Source of the DNA: an uncultured Nitrospiraceae bacterium
GTDB taxonomy: Bacteria; Nitrospirota; Thermodesulfovibrionia; Thermodesulfovibrionales; UBA6898
Assembly: GCA_963811165.1 (NCBI GenBank)
Contig: CAWEQH010000010.1
Location: 512,001-576,000 of the forward strand
DNA length: 64,000 nucleotides
Reading direction: 5' to 3'
Below, one piece after another: positions 59,017-64,000 of this stretch (position 1 is the stretch's first letter; each line of letters begins with the position of its first letter). The notes under the pieces were generated by a model that saw nothing but the letters and a program-made list of their open reading frames with translations, ran no database searches and was not told the DNA's origin. The position numbers were made by a program, and so were the translations under genes.

Positions 59017-59991
59017 CTATGCGCGGCTTCGGGATATCTCAAACCCAAGCTGTTCGATCAGTCTCATGTCATCCTCGAAACTTCTCCCTGTCGTCGTCAG
59101 GTAATTCCCCGATAGAATACCGTCTGCACCGGCCATGAAAATAAATGAATTAAGCTCGCCAAGGGTCTGCAGGCGCCCTCCGCATATCCGTATCTCCTTC
59201 CCCGGAAGAAGGAACCTGAATAGGCTGACTATTCTCAGCGCCTCGACCGGTCCAAGCTGACTCCTTGATCCGAGCCTCGTCCCCCTGACAGGAATCAGAA
59301 AATTAATAGGGACCGAATCCGGGCCGATCTCCCTCAACGCCATTCCCATGTCGATCCTGTCCTGCCACGTCTCTCCGAGACCGAAGATTCCTCCACAGCA
59401 CAGGGAAAGCCCGATTGACTTCACGGCAGCGATGGTCTTTAACTTCTCCCGGTAGGAATGGGTAGTGCATATCGCCGGAAAGAATCTTTCGGATGTCTCC
59501 AGGTTATGGTGAAAACGATTCAGACCGGCCTCTTTCAAAAAAAGCAATTCCTCCTCCGCCAGAAGCCCAAGGGTCGCGCACGACAGAAGTCCCAGTCCCG
59601 TGACCTCGGAAATCATGCCCGCAATCTTGCGTATCTCTGCGCCCGTAACCTTCCGGCCGCTTGTCACAATACAGAAGCGTTTCGCACCTCCCCGTTTTGC
59701 CTCCGCCGCCTTGTTAAGGACGGCCTTTTTGTCGGCCAGGGGAAAGACCGGAGAGTCAGAGGAACTCATGGAGGATTGCGCACAGTAGGCGCAATCCTCG
59801 GGACAGGCCCCTGACTTTGCACTTACAATGGCGCAGACATCGATAACGTTTCCGCGAAAGCGTGTCCTGATCCTGCTTGCAGCGGCGAACAGATCAAACA
59901 CACCAGCACCGGAAATAGAGGAGATATATGCCGCTTCTTCACGCGACAGTTCGCCGCCGGATACGATTTTATCTTCAAGCCGGTTGATCAT
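59017..59991 (-). CDS. bioB: Biotin synthase
   Basis: AKSGACPEDCAYCAQS, HHNLETS, GGIFGLGE, SVPINFL.P..GT, GNYLTT.G. Confidence 0.97.
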   Translation of the reverse strand: MINRLEDKIVSGGELSREEAAYISSISGAGVFDLFAAASRIRTRFRGNVIDVCAIVSAKSGACPEDCAYCAQSSMSSSDSPVFPLADKKAVLNKAAEAKRGGAKRFCIVTSGRKVTGAEIRKIAGMISEVTGLGLLSCATLGLLAEEELLFLKEAGLNRFHHNLETSERFFPAICTTHSYREKLKTIAAVKSIGLSLCCGGIFGLGETWQDRIDMGMALREIGPDSVPINFLIPVRGTRLGSRSQLGPVEALRIVSLFRFLLPGKEIRICGGRLQTLGELNSFIFMAGADGILSGNYLTTTGRSFEDDMRLIEQLGFEISRSRA

Positions 59992-60040
59992 AGTCGATAT
60001 TTTTTCAGAAGGCCGGGGCAATGTCAACAAACAATGGGCG

Positions 60041-60724
60041 CTAGGAGCGGCCCTTGGACTTTATCGTCTTTATCAATTCTTCCCTGCTGATGACCCCTTT
60101 TGAGACAAGGAGATCGATGAGACCCTCGATGACGGCCTTTTGAGAAATATCGGTTCTCGGTTTTGACGCTTCCCGCCCAGACCCCGTCTCAGGCGCAACG
60201 ACTTTTCCTTCGCTTCCCTCCACGCTATACAAGGTGCCAAACTCCTCCAATCTCTCTTTTGCCATGCGAAAACTGGGTTCTGGAGACTTTCCTTCATAAT
60301 ATATACCTATCGCCCTCGTGATATCCGAATCGAGGGCAAGCAGGGGTTTGACCCTCACCCCGAGGCTGAAACCGATATCATCTATGGTCTTCAGGTCAGT
60401 CGGATCAGCGATGGCCACCAGGAGTGTTTTTCCTTCCATCCCCACGGGACATATCCCGAATTTCTTCGCGACATCCCTTCCCACCATCTTCAGCACTTCA
60501 TCTGAAGGCCTTTGCATACTGTCGAGGGAAATTGCGGAAAGCCCATACTGTTTTTCTATCACCGTAAGCATGTCCTTTTCAGAAACAAATCCTTTTTTTA
60601 TCATAATGGAGCCGACTCTTCCGCCCCACTCCGCTTGCTCCGAAAGTGCGGTCCTGAGCTGAAATTCATCGATAAGTCCTACTTCCAACAGGAGTTCGCC
60701 GAGTCTCTTATTTTCTTTTTTCAT
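60041..60724 (-). CDS. Stand-alone MshEN / T2SSE-N domain protein (putative c-di-GMP receptor)
   Basis: RLGELLLEVGLIDEFQLRTALSEQ plus second repeat RVGSIMIKKGFVSE; T2SSE-N region (VAIADP.D); no ATPase domain. Confidence 0.8.
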   Translation of the reverse strand: MKKENKRLGELLLEVGLIDEFQLRTALSEQAEWGGRVGSIMIKKGFVSEKDMLTVIEKQYGLSAISLDSMQRPSDEVLKMVGRDVAKKFGICPVGMEGKTLLVAIADPTDLKTIDDIGFSLGVRVKPLLALDSDITRAIGIYYEGKSPEPSFRMAKERLEEFGTLYSVEGSEGKVVAPETGSGREASKPRTDISQKAVIEGLIDLLVSKGVISREELIKTIKSKGRS

Positions 60725-60765
60725 CTTCTCATCACCCGGCCACGGCCGCCTTCGGCTCAGGGTGG

Positions 60766-61044
60766 CTAATATTTTATCTCGAAGCCCTTCTCGTGCCCTG
60801 AATACACTTCCCAGATCACCTCAATATCGATGATATGAGAACCCGGCGGGCCCACCCTGCAATGCTCTATGGCCTGTTCGATCAACGCTCTATCGCCTTC
60901 GAAAACCGCTTCGACACTGCCGTCGTAAAGGTTTTTCACCCACCCGCCAAGATCCAGCTTGACCGCAATATTTCTCGTAAAGGCCCTATAAAAAACTCCC
61001 TGAACCCTGCCCTTTATAAAGAGATGTGCACGAGCAGCATCCAC
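60766..61044 (-). CDS. acyP: Acylphosphatase
   Basis: GRVQGVFYR, GWVKN..DGSVE, GPP. Confidence 0.95.
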   Translation of the reverse strand: MDAARAHLFIKGRVQGVFYRAFTRNIAVKLDLGGWVKNLYDGSVEAVFEGDRALIEQAIEHCRVGPPGSHIIDIEVIWEVYSGHEKGFEIKY

Positions 61045-61045
61045 T

Positions 61046-61879
61046 TTACTTCACGATCTTCATGCTAATGTCGGCAGCGGCGGCCGAATGGGTCAGTGCC
61101 CCTACTGATATCAGGTCCACGCCCGTTTCCGCCACCTCCCTGACGTTTGCAAGGCTTATGTTACCGGAGGCCTCGGTCGTCACCTTTCCCCGCGCGTACA
61201 AAACAGCCTCGGTCATGTCTCCAACCGACATATTATCGAGCATGACGATGTCGGCCCCCGCCTCGATGGCCTCCTGGAGCTCCTTGAGGTTCTCGACCTC
61301 GACCTCGATCCGCGCAAGATGGTGTCCGGACTTTGCACGGGCAATGGCGTCTGTGATACTGCCTACCTCTTCTATGTGATTGTCTTTAATGAGTATGCCG
61401 TCATAGAGTCCGAAACGGTGATTGGTCCCTCCCCCTACCCTTACCGCGTATTTTTCCATGAACCTCTGGCAAGGGGTCGTTTTACGCGTGTCGAGAATCC
61501 TGGCCTTAGTTCCCCTCACGGCATCAACGAACTGACTTGCGAGTGTTGCAATGCCCGAAAGTCTCTGAAGGATGTTGAGGCTCACCCTTTCTCCTGCAAG
61601 CAAGACCCTCGTCTTGCCGGCCACCTCTGCAAGTACGTCGCCTCTTGAAACCTTGGCACCCTCGTTGTAGAAAATACTGAAAGAGACAGAGGAATCGAGG
61701 ATCCGGAAGACTTCGTTCGCAAAGGGCATGCCCGCAAGAACGAAATTCCCCTTGGCTATGTACAAGGCCTTCGCCTCATTTGCCTCGGGCACCAAAAGAT
61801 TAGTGGTAATATCGCCGTGCCCTATGTCCTCTTCTATCGCGTGCTTGATCAGCTCGATAACATTTGAAGGGATGTCCAT
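61046..61879 (-). CDS. nadC: Nicotinate-nucleotide diphosphorylase (quinolinate phosphoribosyltransferase)
   Basis: EDIG.GDITT, ER..LN, DTRKTTP, NHRFGL.D.ILIKDNH, EVEV, MLDN, EASG, SVGALTHS. Confidence 0.97.
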   Translation of the reverse strand: MDIPSNVIELIKHAIEEDIGHGDITTNLLVPEANEAKALYIAKGNFVLAGMPFANEVFRILDSSVSFSIFYNEGAKVSRGDVLAEVAGKTRVLLAGERVSLNILQRLSGIATLASQFVDAVRGTKARILDTRKTTPCQRFMEKYAVRVGGGTNHRFGLYDGILIKDNHIEEVGSITDAIARAKSGHHLARIEVEVENLKELQEAIEAGADIVMLDNMSVGDMTEAVLYARGKVTTEASGNISLANVREVAETGVDLISVGALTHSAAAADISMKIVK

Positions 61880-61880
61880 G

Positions 61881-62363
61881 CTACTTTCTTCTTAGAAGAG
61901 ACAGGAGCCCCCATATGCCCCCGACGACTGCGCTCACGGCGACGGCAGATTTCCAATCGAGGAGTGTCGTGAGTTCTCCGTCGACCTTGTTCGCAAGAAC
62001 AATCAGCGCAGCGCTCTTGTCCGCCTTCACGCTCCCGGCCGCAACCAGGCCGGCCGCGCTTCGGTTGAGGGTCGTTTGATATCGCGATAAAGAGAGAGGT
62101 GCGCAGGAAAAATTGACCGTCGTGTTGTTTCCGACGGTCACCGTGCTGACACACTGGTTAAAGGCGACGTCCTCCCCGTGGACCAGCACGGCCGCGCATT
62201 GGGTCGCCTCGATCTTCTCGCCGTCCACACTCAGGGCGCCTACCTGCTGCATCTCGACATGGCCTCCCTCGACATTCCTGACGGTGCTCTGATTTATATT
62301 GATGAATTCGCCTTCGATAATCCCGAGCTCTTTTTCCCGGAGATCCTTCTCCTCTTTTTCCAT
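61881..62363 (-). CDS. Hypothetical protein (putative beta-solenoid with C-terminal TM anchor)
   Basis: ~15-aa periodic beta-rich segments; hydrophobic C-terminus ending RRK; overlaps the valS stop. Confidence 0.6.
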   Translation of the reverse strand: MEKEEKDLREKELGIIEGEFININQSTVRNVEGGHVEMQQVGALSVDGEKIEATQCAAVLVHGEDVAFNQCVSTVTVGNNTTVNFSCAPLSLSRYQTTLNRSAAGLVAAGSVKADKSAALIVLANKVDGELTTLLDWKSAVAVSAVVGGIWGLLSLLRRK

Positions 62364-64000
62364 TACGCTTTCCCCCCTACTTCGTAGAGTTTCTTAATAT
62401 TTTCCTGGATCCTGTCTTTTTTCCTTAAGCACTCTTCGTACTTTTCTTTCTCTTTCGCGATGATATCCTTCGGCGCCCTCCCAAGGAAATCTTCGTTGAG
62501 CAGTTTCTTATTCAGGAAGGCTATACTCTCCTCCACCTTCGCCCCGTCTTTCCTCAGTCTATCAATTTCGAGGTCCACGTTCAAGAGTCCCTCGAGAGGG
62601 ACATATACCTCGACGAAATCTCTGACGGCCGCTGCAGCCCCGCTGGGCTTCCTCACCTCGCCCCCTACCTCGATTATATCGGCCCTTGCGAGCTTGTTCA
62701 GATAAGCCAGATTCCTGTTCAACACCTCCGCCGCCTTCCCTGACTGGGTCTTGATGTGGGCCCTTAGCTCAAGCGAAGGGGACAGGTTCAGTTCCCCGCG
62801 TATCGTTCTGATGCCGGTAACCGTCTCCATAAGAATCGCCATCTCGGCCTCGGCGCCCGCATCCCTCTGGAGCGAACGGGGAAAGCCTGCGACTACGATA
62901 CTTTTGTGCGGCTTCTGTTGCTCACCACCGCTGATCGCGACATGCTGCCAGATCTCCTCCGTGACGTAGGGCATAAAGGGATGCAGAAGTCTCAGGGTCT
63001 TGTCCAGGACATAAAGAAGACATTTCTTCACCCGCCGTTTATCGCCGGAGTCGTCATAGAGGGCCGGCTTGACCATCTCGATATACCAATCGCAGAGTTC
63101 GCGCCATATAAACTGGTAGATACTGTTTGCCGCATCATTGAACCTGAATTCTTCAAGCGAAGCGTTGACTTCTTCCGCCGTTGCGGCAAGCCTGCTCAGG
63201 ATCCATCTGCTGCCGATATCAAGGTCTTCGAATGACATTTTTTCCGGCGCTTCCTCATCTCCGGCGTTAAGGAGTATAAAGCGGGAGGCGTTCCAGAGTT
63301 TGTTGACAAAATGCCGGTAACCCTCCACACGCTCCTCGGCGAACTTCACGTCGCGCCCTTGGGCGGCGAACGCAGCCAGGGTAAAACGGAAGGCGTCGGT
63401 GCCATATTTTTCCATCATGATAAGCGGGTCGATAACATTCCCTTTTGATTTGGACATCTTTTGCCCTGATGCGTCCCTCACTAACGCGTGAATATGGACG
63501 TCTCTAAAGGGTACATCCTTCATAAATTTGAGACCCATCATTATCATGCGGGCGACCCAGAAAAATATTATATCGAACCCCGTCACAAGCGCCGAAGTCG
63601 GATAGTACTTCCTAAGTTCAGGGGTCTCCGCCGGCCAGCCGAGGGTCGAGAAGGGCCAAAGCGCCGATGAAAACCAGGTATCCAGGACATCCTCGTCCTG
63701 CCGCAATTCACCGCTGCACTTTGTGCACTTCGAAGGGGCCTGCCGGGACACGATCACCTCTGCGCAGTCATCGCAATACCAGGCAGGTATGCGGTGCCCC
63801 CACCATATCTGTCTCGATATGCACCAGTCGTTTATATTTTCCATCCACGAAAAATAGGTATTCTCCCAGGTCTTAGGCGTTATTCTGATACTGCCGTCTC
63901 TGACGGCTTCCATCGCCGCGGCGGCCAGAGGCCCGACCTTCACATACCACTGGAGTGCGGAGAGCGGTTCGATAACGGTCTTACACCGGTAGCACTGGCT
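62363..64000 (-). CDS. valS: Valine--tRNA ligase (5' part outside window)
   Basis: DWCISRQIWWGHRIP, DVLDTWFSS, KMSKS, NKLWNA, CDWYIE, C-terminal coiled coil; frame open to the window end. Confidence 0.97.
   Translation of the reverse strand, partial: SQCYRCKTVIEPLSALQWYVKVGPLAAAAMEAVRDGSIRITPKTWENTYFSWMENINDWCISRQIWWGHRIPAWYCDDCAEVIVSRQAPSKCTKCSGELRQDEDVLDTWFSSALWPFSTLGWPAETPELRKYYPTSALVTGFDIIFFWVARMIMMGLKFMKDVPFRDVHIHALVRDASGQKMSKSKGNVIDPLIMMEKYGTDAFRFTLAAFAAQGRDVKFAEERVEGYRHFVNKLWNASRFILLNAGDEEAPEKMSFEDLDIGSRWILSRLAATAEEVNASLEEFRFNDAANSIYQFIWRELCDWYIEMVKPALYDDSGDKRRVKKCLLYVLDKTLRLLHPFMPYVTEEIWQHVAISGGEQQKPHKSIVVAGFPRSLQRDAGAEAEMAILMETVTGIRTIRGELNLSPSLELRAHIKTQSGKAAEVLNRNLAYLNKLARADIIEVGGEVRKPSGAAAAVRDFVEVYVPLEGLLNVDLEIDRLRKDGAKVEESIAFLNKKLLNEDFLGRAPKDIIAKEKEKYEECLRKKDRIQENIKKLYEVGGKA

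Noticed and set aside
60021..60029. BirA operator half-site (TGTCAAC) upstream of bioB
   Set aside because: No matching second arm at the expected spacing; better explained as the -35 box TTGACA on the minus strand.

Overview
A 64-kb bacterial chromosomal window of mostly single-copy metabolic and housekeeping genes. The gene content suggests an anaerobe, possibly Nitrospirota/Thermodesulfovibrionia-like or Desulfobacterota-like; this is inference only. Recognisable genes include norCB (NO reductase), zwf, mntH, nth, ftsY, nagZ, putA, a cold-shock protein, an RhlE-like helicase, pilT, metF-metV with a fused flavo/Fe-S/MvhD oxidoreductase, uup, ettA, psd, ilvC, mnmA, bioB/bioW, acyP, nadC and a partial valS. 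There is also an octaheme cytochrome c and a large double beta-propeller surface protein. I found no rRNA, tRNA, CRISPR array or transposase. The main finding is missing from the ORF track. A small minus-strand gene (10869-10991) with a strong RBS encodes MKKTVSREALVKEAAFWTALKKAAKENPGKL-C-HK-[TGA]-KG-[TGA]-KS-[TGA]. It is followed by an fdhF-like SECIS hairpin and a terminator, and lies directly upstream of a radical SAM/SPASM enzyme coupled to an ICMT-family methyltransferase. This is a candidate selenocysteine-containing RiPP system. A UxxC peroxiredoxin-like gene with its own SECIS-like hairpin (16259-16735) independently suggests the organism recodes UGA as Sec.
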